A DNA stretch of 64,000 nt from an uncultured Eubacteriales bacterium (lineage in GTDB: Bacteria; Acidobacteriota; Aminicenantia; Aminicenantales; Aminicenantaceae): the NCBI GenBank assembly GCA_964624145.1, contig CAZUXT010000002.1, forward strand, positions 86,020 through 150,019. The letters run 5' to 3'. Of the stretch, positions 15,931 through 25,396 are shown one piece after another. The notes beneath the pieces are model-generated. The model saw only the letters and a list, made by a program, of their open reading frames with translations. It was not told the DNA's origin and did not search any database. Positions within the stretch are counted from its first letter, which is position 1. Each line of letters begins with the position of its first letter. The translations under genes and the position numbers were made by a program.

Positions 15931-18160
15931 AAAAAAGATTTTTCTGATCCTGTTGTCATTGGGAACAGCAGGGATGGTGGTGTACCTTGCGTGGTTCAAT
16001 CAATCCTGCCTTTCAGATAAGGAAGAATCCTTGCGATTTGTGGATCGCCGGGGGGAGCTACTGGGATTTCATCTGGTGAATCAGAAGCGTTACAGCGCTC
16101 ACTGCGGCCTTAGCCAGGTATCACCTCACTTTATTCGGGCAATTGTGCTGGTGGAAGACCGGGGATTCTACTCACATGAGGGGGTAAACCTGTCTTCCCT
16201 GACCCGGGCCCTTTTTCAGAATGTTCAGGAGGGAAGGGTGGTTTCGGGAGGATCAACCATCACCATGCAGCTGGCAAAACTGCTGTTAAATGCCAATCAA
16301 AAGAGAACCATTTTCCGGAAGCTGGAGGAAATTATATTCGCCTTGAAACTGGAACTGCACCTTCCCAAATCAAGGATTCTGGAAGAGTATATCAATCGTC
16401 TGCCCTTTGGGAACATGATATACGGCATTGGGCCGGCATCAGAATTTTATTTTGGCAAGGCCCCTGCGCAGCTATCTCTCAGCCAGGCTATTGAACTGGC
16501 TGTTATTCCAAAGGCTCCCACTACCTACAATCCTATCAAAAACAAAGATCAGTTAAAGGCAAGAAGAGACTGGATCCTGGATGAATTATACCGCCAGGGA
16601 TTTGTATCATCCCATGAATACCGGCGGGTGGCCAGTGAAGAGGTTCATTTTAATATCAGGGACTCCCTATTTGTGGCCCCTCATTTCATTGAGTTGATCA
16701 AGCACCGTCATGGGAACGACCTTTCTGATCACAAGAAAATATATACCACACTGGACAGGCATCTCCAGCTGAAGGTCCGGGGAATTGTCCGGGAACATCT
16801 GCAAAGGCTCCGATCGTATCATGTTCAGTCTGCTGCAGCAGTGGTGATTGATAACCGATCACATGAGTTGTTGGCCTACCTGGGTTCTCCTGATTATTTT
16901 AATGCTGAGAACAACGGATATGTTGATTATGCTATAGCACTTCGACAACCCGGGTCCACCCTGAAGCCTTTTGTTTACGGAGTGGCTTTAGAAGCAGGAT
17001 ATACTCCATCGTCCATTCTCCCGGATATCCAGTTCCCGGCCCGGGGCGGATTTTTTCCCCGGAATCATGATGGCATGGAACACGGCCCCTTGAGGTTGAG
17101 AACCTCCCTGGCCTGTTCCTACAACATTCCAGCCTTTTACCTGGCGATAAAACTGACACCCGACCGGATCCTGGAAAAACTCCAGTTGGCCGGTTTCTCG
17201 TATCTTGATAAGCCCGCGGGATTTTACGGAGAAGCCATTGCCTTGGGATCGGGAGAAGTGAGACTGCTGGACCTGGTAACAGCTTATTCCTGTCTGGCAA
17301 ACAAAGGAGTTCTTTATCAGCCGCGTCTGTTAAAAGAGTGGCCGGCAAGCGACAAGCGTCAGATATTTTCCCCCCAGTGTGCTTTTCTGCTATTTGACAT
17401 TTTATCAGATCCTGCTGCCCGGGCCGGCAGCTTCGGATTTTTCTCCTCCATGAACCTGCCTTTTCCCCTGGCGATAAAAACCGGTACCTCAAAGGGATTC
17501 AGGGATAAATGGGCAGTGGCTGTCAATTCCAAATATACAGTGGGAGTATGGCTGGGGAATCCAAGCGGCAAGAACATTTCACAGCAGGTGGTGGAAACAG
17601 GAAACAGTGCCACCATAGTCCGGGATATATTTCTGATCCTTCAGAAAAATTGGGAGCAGGGAGGGTTGCCGATACCTCCTGGTATTGTCCGGCGGGAGGT
17701 TTGTGCTCTCTCCGGAGAATTAGCTGGTCCATACTGCCGGGACCGGGTGGAGGAGTATTTTGAAGAAAAGAACCTGCCTGAAGGTCCCTGCTCCTATCAT
17801 GTAAAGACCGAAACAGGAATAAAAACGGTCTATCCTGAACTCTACCGCGAATGGTGGCAAAAGAATCAGCTGACCAAACAAACGCATCTTGGGGGCAGCC
17901 AGGAAGTTGAGATTGTATCCCCTCAGCAGGGGGATCGCTATTATATATCTAGAGCTCTTCCTCTGGAAAGTCAGCAGATTCGTTTCAAGGTCATGGGTGC
18001 AGCAAGCGGAGAGAAAATCACATACCACCTTAATAACCGGATTTACCGTATTCTCTCCTACCCCTGTTTCCCCCTATTCCAGCTGAAACCAGGGGAATAT
18101 CTGCTGGAAATAGAAATCGCGGGGGAATGCCGGGACCGAGTGTCCTTTGCAGTTCATTGA
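15902..18160 (+). CDS. pbpC: Penicillin-binding protein 1C (glycosyltransferase + transpeptidase)
   Basis: GT51 motifs: VLVEDRGFYSHEGVN, GGSTITMQLAK, RKLEE. Transpeptidase motifs: QPGSTLKPF, KTGTSKGFRD. I propose GTG 15902, before the N-terminal TM KKKIFLILLSLGTAGMVVYLAW. The track start at 15710 would overlap the A2M gene by 220 nt. Confidence 0.85.
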   Translation: MQIKGLRLNKKKIFLILLSLGTAGMVVYLAWFNQSCLSDKEESLRFVDRRGELLGFHLVNQKRYSAHCGLSQVSPHFIRAIVLVEDRGFYSHEGVNLSSLTRALFQNVQEGRVVSGGSTITMQLAKLLLNANQKRTIFRKLEEIIFALKLELHLPKSRILEEYINRLPFGNMIYGIGPASEFYFGKAPAQLSLSQAIELAVIPKAPTTYNPIKNKDQLKARRDWILDELYRQGFVSSHEYRRVASEEVHFNIRDSLFVAPHFIELIKHRHGNDLSDHKKIYTTLDRHLQLKVRGIVREHLQRLRSYHVQSAAAVVIDNRSHELLAYLGSPDYFNAENNGYVDYAIALRQPGSTLKPFVYGVALEAGYTPSSILPDIQFPARGGFFPRNHDGMEHGPLRLRTSLACSYNIPAFYLAIKLTPDRILEKLQLAGFSYLDKPAGFYGEAIALGSGEVRLLDLVTAYSCLANKGVLYQPRLLKEWPASDKRQIFSPQCAFLLFDILSDPAARAGSFGFFSSMNLPFPLAIKTGTSKGFRDKWAVAVNSKYTVGVWLGNPSGKNISQQVVETGNSATIVRDIFLILQKNWEQGGLPIPPGIVRREVCALSGELAGPYCRDRVEEYFEEKNLPEGPCSYHVKTETGIKTVYPELYREWWQKNQLTKQTHLGGSQEVEIVSPQQGDRYYISRALPLESQQIRFKVMGAASGEKITYHLNNRIYRILSYPCFPLFQLKPGEYLLEIEIAGECRDRVSFAVH

Positions 18161-18180
18161 TGATATCTTGGAAGTTATTT

Positions 18181-19206
18181 TTAATCTAAGGCTTGATGAC
18201 TCAATTGAAATACCTTAAAACCGGGATAATCTCTGTCCATATAAACAAGATAGCCACTTTGTATAACGACGTCTTTATAGGGAGGATTAAAATCCAAAGG
18301 AAGGACATGTGAGGAGAGAAGATCTCCTGATAAAGAGAATCGATCAATACGGGGCTTGCCTTCCCGATGGTAATTGGACACAATGAGAAGCTCTTCGTTC
18401 AAAGACAAAATCTTGGCGATCGCATAATTCTTGATATTAAATTTTTTCATCATCTCTGTCGTATCCGGATCAGGAGCCTTAAATGTATAGGTATCTGTTC
18501 TATTTCCATCAAGATCCAGGATATCAAACTCATACTTATTCGAGGCTGAAACAGCAAAAACATTGCCGATATAAGCAAATGCCGGATTAGCCAGAAAAAG
18601 GAATCCCCCTCCTTTGACAATTTTTCCGTAAACCATGGCATTGCCCTGAACGGTTACAATCGGTTTTTCACATAACATACGGGGTCCTTGGGCTCTCGTC
18701 CATTCATTTAATCCCATCATAAAATGGCCATCTTCATCTGGTTTTGTCTCGGTGAAATAAAAGGCCTCTCCTTTTTTGCCAATTATTCTTGTGAAGTTGG
18801 GGGTAAATTTTCCCTCCCATATCAGATGGCCTTCTGTATCCAAACAAACAATTTTACGATGAACATCCAAGAAATAAAGGTGATCATTTTCCAGCAACAG
18901 TCCAATGATGCCGGTGTATTCACCGGGTCCTTCCCCGTATCTTCCTATGGGGATGACTTTCCGATTGGAAAGGTCAGATTTGAACAACTGCTTCAATCGG
19001 GAGTCAAAAAAGAATATCTCATCTTCAGATGAAATAGCGGGAATAGCTGCGGATGCAATTTCAGTTATTTCCGTAAAATCAGCCACTTGAAAAAGCTCCA
19101 GCTCATCAAGGTTTTCGATCGGAGGAAGGTTTTTTTCTGCATGTTTTTGGCAGCCAACAAAAAGGAGAGAAAAGGTCACTAAGAAAGAAACAGCTCTATA
19201 AATCAT
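18181..19206 (-). CDS. Lipoprotein, probable beta-propeller fold
   Basis: 341 aa. Signal plus lipobox LLFVGC. The repetitive strand-rich sequence suggests a propeller; no catalytic motif recognised. Confidence 0.55.
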   Translation of the reverse strand: MIYRAVSFLVTFSLLFVGCQKHAEKNLPPIENLDELELFQVADFTEITEIASAAIPAISSEDEIFFFDSRLKQLFKSDLSNRKVIPIGRYGEGPGEYTGIIGLLLENDHLYFLDVHRKIVCLDTEGHLIWEGKFTPNFTRIIGKKGEAFYFTETKPDEDGHFMMGLNEWTRAQGPRMLCEKPIVTVQGNAMVYGKIVKGGGFLFLANPAFAYIGNVFAVSASNKYEFDILDLDGNRTDTYTFKAPDPDTTEMMKKFNIKNYAIAKILSLNEELLIVSNYHREGKPRIDRFSLSGDLLSSHVLPLDFNPPYKDVVIQSGYLVYMDRDYPGFKVFQLSHQALD

Positions 19207-19245
19207 TTTTTATTCTCCCATTCAACCACAGGTAGGAATATAAAT

Positions 19246-19266
19246 CTTGACAAAAAGGATGTCAAG
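19246..19266 (-). terminator. Weak hairpin downstream of the TPR gene
   Basis: CTTGACA-N7-TGTCAAG inverted repeat (19246-19252 / 19260-19266). On the minus strand it is followed by ATTTATATT. Confidence 0.25.
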
Positions 19267-19319
19267 GACAAATGAAAGCCCCATATGTATAAATGAGGGA
19301 ATCATCCATTGATAAGAAT

Positions 19320-20141
19320 TTATAGAAAATGGTTACATGATACAATAGACAAAAGTCCCACGCAACCTGCTTCCATTACAGCCAAAGCGCGCATCTGGCG
19401 CAGGCAGGATATGATCCGCTGGCGTGCTTTAGAGGCGATTTCCGGGGAAAGCGAAGCTGCTTTTTCATAGTCCTTGATGGCGGCTGCATAATCCTTCAAT
19501 CTCTCCCGGGCGATCCCGCGATTGTAGAACGCGTTCGCGCTGTCCGGTGCGATACGTATAGCATGGGTATAATCATTCACAGCTCCCTCAAAATCCTCCA
19601 TCCTCATCTTGAGGTTAGCCCGGTTGATTAAAGCGGACGAGGAATTGGGATCGTTGATAAGAGCTTGTGTGTAGTCCGATAAAGCCAGGTTGAACTCGCC
19701 CATCTCCATGTTGGCAATTCCCCGTCCGATAAACGCATCTGTCAAATATGGATCCAGCTCGATCGCATGTGTGAAATCCCGGATCGCCTCAGCATACTCT
19801 CCTTCTAAAGACCAAATGGAGGCCCGGCACAGATAAGCTTTTGCAAAACTTGCATCGAATGAGATGGCTTCTGTGAAGTCGGCCATTGCGGATTCCAGGT
19901 CCCCCATTTCCCTTTCAGCACAAGCTCTGTCGTAGTAGGCCAGGGCATATTCAGGATTTATATCGATGGCTTGGGTGAATTTTTTGATAGCTGCCTCCAA
20001 ATTCCCTTCTTCTTGGAGCTCTACACCCTTGTTCACATAGTGATCCGCATAGTAACATCCTCCCTGAATACTGAAGAAAACGATCAAGAACCCATATATG
20101 ACATAACCCAAAGGCTTGAAGAACATTGTCCTTTCTTTCAA
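19320..20141 (-). CDS. TPR-repeat protein with N-terminal TM/signal
   Basis: 273 aa with about six tandem 34-residue repeats (AxxxFxxAIxxxPxxAxAYxxRG pattern). Its start overlaps the upstream gene's stop (ATGA). Confidence 0.8.
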   Translation of the reverse strand: MKERTMFFKPLGYVIYGFLIVFFSIQGGCYYADHYVNKGVELQEEGNLEAAIKKFTQAIDINPEYALAYYDRACAEREMGDLESAMADFTEAISFDASFAKAYLCRASIWSLEGEYAEAIRDFTHAIELDPYLTDAFIGRGIANMEMGEFNLALSDYTQALINDPNSSSALINRANLKMRMEDFEGAVNDYTHAIRIAPDSANAFYNRGIARERLKDYAAAIKDYEKAASLSPEIASKARQRIISCLRQMRALAVMEAGCVGLLSIVSCNHFL

Positions 20142-21040
20142 AATATGACTTCCGTCTCAACGGTAAAAAATTTATACATGTTGTATTCAATCCTTGTTTC
20201 TCTCTTCACAGCCTTTTGCTCAGAGCCGTTTTCAGAGTTCCTGAAAAAAACCTCCTGGATCGACTGCTTGCCAGGAAACCGGACGCCGTTTTTTTCATAG
20301 GTGTAATCCACTGCCCACATCACTTTTTTTTGAAACGGTCCAAGCCTTGAGATCAAGATTTCATTCTCATAGTTTTGTATAGATGCCGGTTCCCACTCAA
20401 GCCGCACGATTTGAAAATCCTCGTTAATCCAAATTTTGCCGATGTTATAGTTGTCCAAACGAACTTTATTGGGAACGGCCTTTATGATAGAAACGGACTC
20501 TCCGTCGATGGTATCTTCCCCGATCAAAGAATATTGAAAATGCTGCTGCCAATACCGGCTGAGAAAACCCACGGGACCATAGATTAAGTACTGGCTGTAA
20601 TACTTGAGATGGTTGAGATCTGCGTTTTTATTATTTTTTATCTTGCCGTTTTTCTTCAATATAATTCTCCGTTCCGATAAGTGATCTCCTTGCCGGATCA
20701 ATTGATATTCATACATATATGTTCGGCGTTTAACCCGCCGGATATTGAATGTCTCTCTTTCCAAGTGCATTCCCATTGTTTGGGTTGCACCTTGGAAGAA
20801 ATTTTCAATATCGATGATATTTTCCTTACAGATATACTTCAGGGCTATCTTTTTTACTCTTTCGCAATATTCGCCGGTTGACCGGAGGATCTTTTTCAAT
20901 CGCGCCTCATCTTCCATCTGTTTCGTTCCTGTCGCATTCAATCTTGGAAAGGCAAAGACAGCTACTGTCATGGCTGATATGACAGGAATCAAGAGAAGTT
21001 TTGAGATTCCAAGTTTAGGCATATCATTCTCCTTCTCCAT
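20138..21040 (-). CDS. Hypothetical secreted protein
   Basis: 300 aa with an N-terminal signal/TM (LLLIPVISAMTVAVFA). The internal ATG at 21022 has a better Shine-Dalgarno (AAGGAG). Co-directional with, and overlapping, the TPR gene. Confidence 0.6.
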   Translation of the reverse strand: MEKENDMPKLGISKLLLIPVISAMTVAVFAFPRLNATGTKQMEDEARLKKILRSTGEYCERVKKIALKYICKENIIDIENFFQGATQTMGMHLERETFNIRRVKRRTYMYEYQLIRQGDHLSERRIILKKNGKIKNNKNADLNHLKYYSQYLIYGPVGFLSRYWQQHFQYSLIGEDTIDGESVSIIKAVPNKVRLDNYNIGKIWINEDFQIVRLEWEPASIQNYENEILISRLGPFQKKVMWAVDYTYEKNGVRFPGKQSIQEVFFRNSENGSEQKAVKRETRIEYNMYKFFTVETEVIF

Positions 21041-21074
21041 TTTCTGTTTTTCGTCACAAATCCCTTCGATGATA

Positions 21075-21105
21075 TAAACACTTCAATCATCCCGCTGACT
21101 GACAA
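21075..21105 (-). promoter_or_regulatory. Bipartite motif copy 1: TTGTCAGTCA-N14-GTGTTTA (candidate ECF-dependent promoter for the 21040 operon)
   Basis: The reverse strand of 21105-21075 reads TTGTCAGTCA gcgggatgattgaa GTGTTTA, 34 nt upstream of the start at 21040. Confidence 0.5.
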
Positions 21106-21161
21106 TCAATCAAATTAAATTTCGATCCATATGTCCTTTTAATTCTTAATTGTGGATAAGG

Positions 21162-21192
21162 TTGTCAGTCATAGAATAAATTTTGGTGTTTA
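21162..21192 (+). promoter_or_regulatory. Bipartite motif copy 2: TTGTCAGTCA-N14-GTGTTTA (candidate promoter for lipoprotein gene 21243)
   Basis: TTGTCAGTCA at 21162-21171, a 14-nt spacer, then GTGTTTA at 21186-21192; 50 nt upstream of ATG 21243. Confidence 0.5.
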
Positions 21193-21242
21193 GGTCATGA
21201 GTGTGCAAGCACGCAATTTATATCGATCAAGGAGGCACCACC

Positions 21243-21728
21243 ATGAACTTCAGAACGAAATTCTATGGATTCTTGATTGCTGCTGTCATCTTGACCGGCT
21301 GTATAGCCACCCAAAACTCTAAGTTGATTGAGCTCTACACAAACAAGATGGAACCATTTCAAGGGGAAAGCGCAGATGATATTATCCCCATTATTACCGA
21401 TGAATGGGAATTCAAAATTCAATCAAGGTGGGCCGTTGCAGATCCCTCACCTGAGATGATCCTCAAAAGAAACCACCGCAGAGCTCCTTTTTCCAAAAAA
21501 GAAGCCAATGAGATTTTCCTGGAAAAAGGATATTATTACGTGTTGGTCTTTGCAAAAAAGGGGAGCGGGAAGGTGATCCTTGAGATCCGCTCCAGCATGA
21601 AGGAAACAGCGGATCTCGGATTCCGTGAACATGCCCGTAAGACCACTCATTATGTTTTCTTCCGTTTGGTTTTTCGGGATAAAAGGCTTCACAATTTCCG
21701 TTGTTTCTGCGCTGAAATCGCCGATTAA
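21243..21728 (+). CDS. Hypothetical lipoprotein
   Basis: AAGGAGG at 21229-21235, then MNFRTKFYGFLIAAVILTGCIATQ (lipobox LTGC). Confidence 0.6.
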   Translation: MNFRTKFYGFLIAAVILTGCIATQNSKLIELYTNKMEPFQGESADDIIPIITDEWEFKIQSRWAVADPSPEMILKRNHRRAPFSKKEANEIFLEKGYYYVLVFAKKGSGKVILEIRSSMKETADLGFREHARKTTHYVFFRLVFRDKRLHNFRCFCAEIAD

Positions 21729-21790
21729 CTTTTTTGGCCATGAGCTCTTGATTGCGTTGTTGCTTTTTTTGTTTTATTTTATAAGAGGGT

Positions 21791-21821
21791 TTGTCAGTCA
21801 GAAGACTGGAATCAGTGTTTT
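21791..21821 (+). promoter_or_regulatory. Bipartite motif copy 3: TTGTCAGTCA-N14-GTGTTTT (candidate autoregulated promoter of the ECF sigma operon)
   Basis: TTGTCAGTCA at 21791-21800, a 14-nt spacer, then GTGTTTT at 21815-21821; 40 nt upstream of ATG 21862. Confidence 0.5.
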
Positions 21822-21861
21822 AATTGTAAGGAAATGACCATATATGGATGTGTTTTAAGGA

Positions 21862-22431
21862 ATGGACATCAAGGAAGAAGCCCTGATCGAAGCAGCTCAA
21901 AAGGGGCATGAGGAAGCTTTCGAAGAGCTGTATATCAGACACAGGGAAGCTATTGCTGGTCTCGCTTTCCGGTATGTGGGTAACTTTCAAGATGCGGAGG
22001 AGCTTTTGCAGGATATCTTCGTAAGGAGTTTTAGGGCCATCAAACATTATCAACCGCTTCCGGATGCTCGTTTTTTCTCGTGGATATACAGAATCGGTAT
22101 CAACTGTGCCATCAATTTCCTCAAGAAAAAAAAGCGCATGGCATCCCGAGATGAGTCTGAAGTCAGAGGGATCAGTGTTGAGACTGGACAGGCTTTACAG
22201 CCTGAGACCCAGTATGAGAATAGGGAAATCAGGGAAGCCTTTTATATAGGGATGGAGGCCCTGTCCCCAAAACAGAAAATGATCTTCATTCTTAAGAATT
22301 CCGATGGGATGAGTACTGCGGAGGTTGCTGCTTATCTGAAATGTTCAGAGGGGAGCGTGCGCAAACAACTTCATCGGGCCATTGTCAAGCTTCGGAAAGA
22401 ATTGGCGATTTATAGGAGAAAAGAATCATGA
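21862..22431 (+). CDS. ECF-type RNA polymerase sigma-70 family factor
   Basis: 189 aa. Region 2 (FEELYIRHREAIAGLAFRYVGNFQDAEELLQDIFVR) and region 4 HTH (MSTAEVAAYLKCSEGSVRKQLHRA). Confidence 0.9.
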   Translation: MDIKEEALIEAAQKGHEEAFEELYIRHREAIAGLAFRYVGNFQDAEELLQDIFVRSFRAIKHYQPLPDARFFSWIYRIGINCAINFLKKKKRMASRDESEVRGISVETGQALQPETQYENREIREAFYIGMEALSPKQKMIFILKNSDGMSTAEVAAYLKCSEGSVRKQLHRAIVKLRKELAIYRRKES

Positions 22432-23168
22432 ACTGCCGCGATTATGAAAAGAAAATGATCCTTTCGTTAAGTAATGATCTGGATCCGCATGAACAAAAGG
22501 CCCTGGAAGCGCACCTCAAGGATTGTCCTGCTTGTTTGCAGAAATACGAGAAGATCAAGAAGGAACTCGAGTGGATGGCTGTTGTTCTCAACAGCAGGCC
22601 TGAATTTGATTGGGACAAATCTTGGGACATTATCCGAAACCGCCTCACACGAAACACATGGATACGAGAAACCCGGATTTTTCAATTCCGACGGATACTG
22701 CAAGCAGCCGCCGTATTGGGGATTTTTCTTCTGGGGATCGTAATCGGGAGATATCTCTTGTTGAATCCAGAGGAAGAGCTTTCTCTTCAATCCAATAAGA
22801 TGATAGTCTCCAGTCGGCTGATCCAGCAGCATCTGGAAGAGACCAAAATAGCCTTGTTGGAATACAATAACCGGATAGCGTTAGGATCCGATCGAGAGAT
22901 CTTCGATTTCGAAAAGCAGCGCGCCCGCATTTTATTGTTCAGGAACAGGGCTCTTCAGGCTTTCCTCATAAGCTCGGGTGATCCTTCTGTCACTGAGCTG
23001 CTTCAAGATCTCGAAATTATCCTTTATGAGGCAGCAAACTTAGAAACATCATCATCAAAAAACCATATGTTTATCAAAACCCTGATCAAAGACAAAGACA
23101 TCTTCTTCAGGATGAGACAAATCGGATTGTATTATACGTTAAAAACGAGCAAGGAGGAGAACCTATGA
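22428..23168 (+). CDS. Anti-sigma factor (zf-HC2) with one TM
   Basis: N-terminal CRDYEKK...HLKDCPACLQKY (H-x3-C-x2-C). TM segment AAAVLGIFLLGIVIGRYLLL. Overlaps the sigma gene stop (ATGA). Confidence 0.75.
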   Translation: MNCRDYEKKMILSLSNDLDPHEQKALEAHLKDCPACLQKYEKIKKELEWMAVVLNSRPEFDWDKSWDIIRNRLTRNTWIRETRIFQFRRILQAAAVLGIFLLGIVIGRYLLLNPEEELSLQSNKMIVSSRLIQQHLEETKIALLEYNNRIALGSDREIFDFEKQRARILLFRNRALQAFLISSGDPSVTELLQDLEIILYEAANLETSSSKNHMFIKTLIKDKDIFFRMRQIGLYYTLKTSKEENL

Positions 23169-24139
23169 AAGATATTTGGCGTTCTGCCAAGATAGGAATA
23201 AACGTGTTCATGCTGTTCGTTTTTTTAAGCTCACTTGCCATGGCTCAGGCAGGCCGTGGGGAGTTTTTCATGAGCGGATTTGTCCGGAATGAAGATGGTT
23301 CTCCAAAAGCTGGAGCCAGAGTCGTGGCTGTCTTTGAGCAACGCATAGATATCAAAAGAGAGACCACAACAGATGAACAGGGCAAGTGGCGCATCCTGTT
23401 TCTCAGACAGGGAAAATGGATTGTGAGTGCCTTTGCAGAAGATGTGATGTCGGAGATGACAGAAGTTTACCTGAATATTAATAGAAGGGATGTCGAATTG
23501 ACACTAACACGGACTGCTTTCGATATCCTGAAAGAAGCGAAAAAAGCCATATACAATGAGGACTACGAAGAAGCCGTCGAGATTTTACTTTGGTTCATAT
23601 CCTATTTTCCCAATAGCCATGAGTTGGAAAGTGCTCTGTTCTGGACATCCTATTCCTATGACCGGCTTGCCAGGGCTGAAGAGGACCGCAGAGAAGCCAT
23701 AAGCATCAAGATCAAAGCGCTCCCTTTTTTGGACCGGCTGATCTCTGATTTTCCGGAGAGTGAATGGGCGGATGATGCCGAGATCCTTCGGATCGATATT
23801 GCATGCTGGCTCTATCAAAACGGAAACAGGGAATATACCGGATTTATCGAAAAGAGCATATTGATCCAAGATCGGTCGAAAATCGATATTAAGCTTGCGG
23901 GACTCAATGCCCTTTTCCGTATCGATCAGAAGCGGGCGTTAGGCATTTTGTCAGACATCGTTTTGAACGATCCAGATCCTGAGGTAAGAAAAAAGGTGGT
24001 TTTTATTCTGGGCCAATCCGGAGCCAAGGAAGCCGCCACCCTTCTGGAAAATGTAATTGAGAAAGATCCGGAACCCACTGTCCGAAAAGCCGCGGCAACC
24101 TGGCTTGGAAGATATGGAATGAAAAGACAGGTAACATGA
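23165..24139 (+). CDS. Secreted protein with carboxypeptidase-regulatory-like N-domain and C-terminal HEAT repeats
   Basis: Signal peptide ...LAMAQA. GFVRNEDGSPKAGARVV (CarboxypepD_reg-like). DPDPEVRKKVVFILGQ and DPEPTVRKAAATWLG (HEAT). Overlaps the anti-sigma stop. Confidence 0.65.
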   Translation: MKDIWRSAKIGINVFMLFVFLSSLAMAQAGRGEFFMSGFVRNEDGSPKAGARVVAVFEQRIDIKRETTTDEQGKWRILFLRQGKWIVSAFAEDVMSEMTEVYLNINRRDVELTLTRTAFDILKEAKKAIYNEDYEEAVEILLWFISYFPNSHELESALFWTSYSYDRLARAEEDRREAISIKIKALPFLDRLISDFPESEWADDAEILRIDIACWLYQNGNREYTGFIEKSILIQDRSKIDIKLAGLNALFRIDQKRALGILSDIVLNDPDPEVRKKVVFILGQSGAKEAATLLENVIEKDPEPTVRKAAATWLGRYGMKRQVT

Positions 24140-24216
24140 TGATGTGATCTGCCTCCTGTGGGAATTGGAGAGAGGACGGACTGCCTGAAAAAAAGCAAAC
24201 GGTCCGCGAATTGTGT

Positions 24217-24588
24217 TCAGACATCCAATCGATCGAATTCTTTTTTGGTGATTTCGGTTTTTACATCGCCGGTATGAGCCGTACCCGCAGGTTCAAACAA
24301 CAATAGCTTCACAGGGCCTTGCGGGACCACACGGTGCTCTGTGCCTCTGGGAACGATATAGAATTCCCCTGAATTCACGGTTACTTTTTTTTCTTTTTCA
24401 AAAATGTCCAGGACTCCTTCAATAACAAAAAACATCTCGTCTTCATTTTCATGAGTATGCCAGGGGACCTTATCTCCCTCGCACTTCACCACCAAGATGT
24501 ACTGTCCGTTCAACTCCCCTATGATCTTGGGCGAGAATGTATCTGAGAACATTTTAAAACATTGGCTGATATTTACGACCTTTCCCAT
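24217..24588 (-). CDS. Cupin-domain protein
   Basis: VPWHTHENEDEMFFVIEG...IVPRGTEHRV is the two-motif cupin signature. Confidence 0.8.
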   Translation of the reverse strand: MGKVVNISQCFKMFSDTFSPKIIGELNGQYILVVKCEGDKVPWHTHENEDEMFFVIEGVLDIFEKEKKVTVNSGEFYIVPRGTEHRVVPQGPVKLLLFEPAGTAHTGDVKTEITKKEFDRLDV

Positions 24589-24745
24589 TTTGTCTCCTAT
24601 GTTTGAATGTATGCCACTTACCTTTTCATTGTATCTCTTAACAATAATAATTGAATATTATATTAGCCTGGATTATTAACGCAATGCAATAATCCGTCCA
24701 GTTTCCCGTCTTTAGAAGTGAAAATATTTTAACTGGAGAAAGAAG

Positions 24746-25315
24746 ATGTTTGAAAAATACATGCTGAAAATGTTCAACCAAAGGGCTGGTTCCGAGCAGA
24801 GCAGGCCGGATGAAATCCTTAGTCATCTGGATATCCGTTCGGGTGAGAGCATAGCTGATGTCGGTTCCGGAGGCGGGTATTTCACGTACCGGTTTGCCGA
24901 AGAGGTCGGTGTCGAGGGACATGTGTATGCTGTGGATGTCAATGCAAAAAACCTTGGGTTCATAAGGGAAGAGGCAAAGAAAAGAGGCATCAACGGACAG
25001 TTAACACTGGTACTTGCCGAAGAGGGAAGCACCAGCCTTCTGGATAAAAGCGTGGACCTTGTGTTTTCCAGAAATGCTTTTCACCATATAGAAAATCCGG
25101 TCGGATATTTCCGGAAATTGAAAAAAGCACTCCGGCCCGGGGCAACAGTCGTTATCATTGATAATAAAAAAGAGAAAGGATTCATGAGCCGGCTGGGGCA
25201 CAGCTCTACAGAGGAGAAAATTGTTCGAAGCCTGGAAAAAGCCGGATACAGGCTTGAGCATTCCTTTGGTTTTCTGGACAAACAGTGGTTTTTCGTCTTT
25301 TCCGTTGCTCAATGA
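24746..25315 (+). CDS. Class I SAM-dependent methyltransferase
   Basis: Motif I IADVGSGGGYF; post-I VYAVDVN; LKKALRPGATVVIID. Confidence 0.85.
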   Translation: MFEKYMLKMFNQRAGSEQSRPDEILSHLDIRSGESIADVGSGGGYFTYRFAEEVGVEGHVYAVDVNAKNLGFIREEAKKRGINGQLTLVLAEEGSTSLLDKSVDLVFSRNAFHHIENPVGYFRKLKKALRPGATVVIIDNKKEKGFMSRLGHSSTEEKIVRSLEKAGYRLEHSFGFLDKQWFFVFSVAQ

Positions 25316-25396
25316 CAAAGGAATAAAATGTTTATGGCAATAAAAAACTCATTTTTCCGTCTTGAATATGTTATAGAATACAAAAGTGAGGAACGT

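Noticed and set aside
25336-25361. Possible ECF-type promoter GGCAAT-N16-CGTC upstream of the second sigma gene
   Set aside because: It is a single occurrence with a weak match to generic ECF elements, and no second copy supports it.
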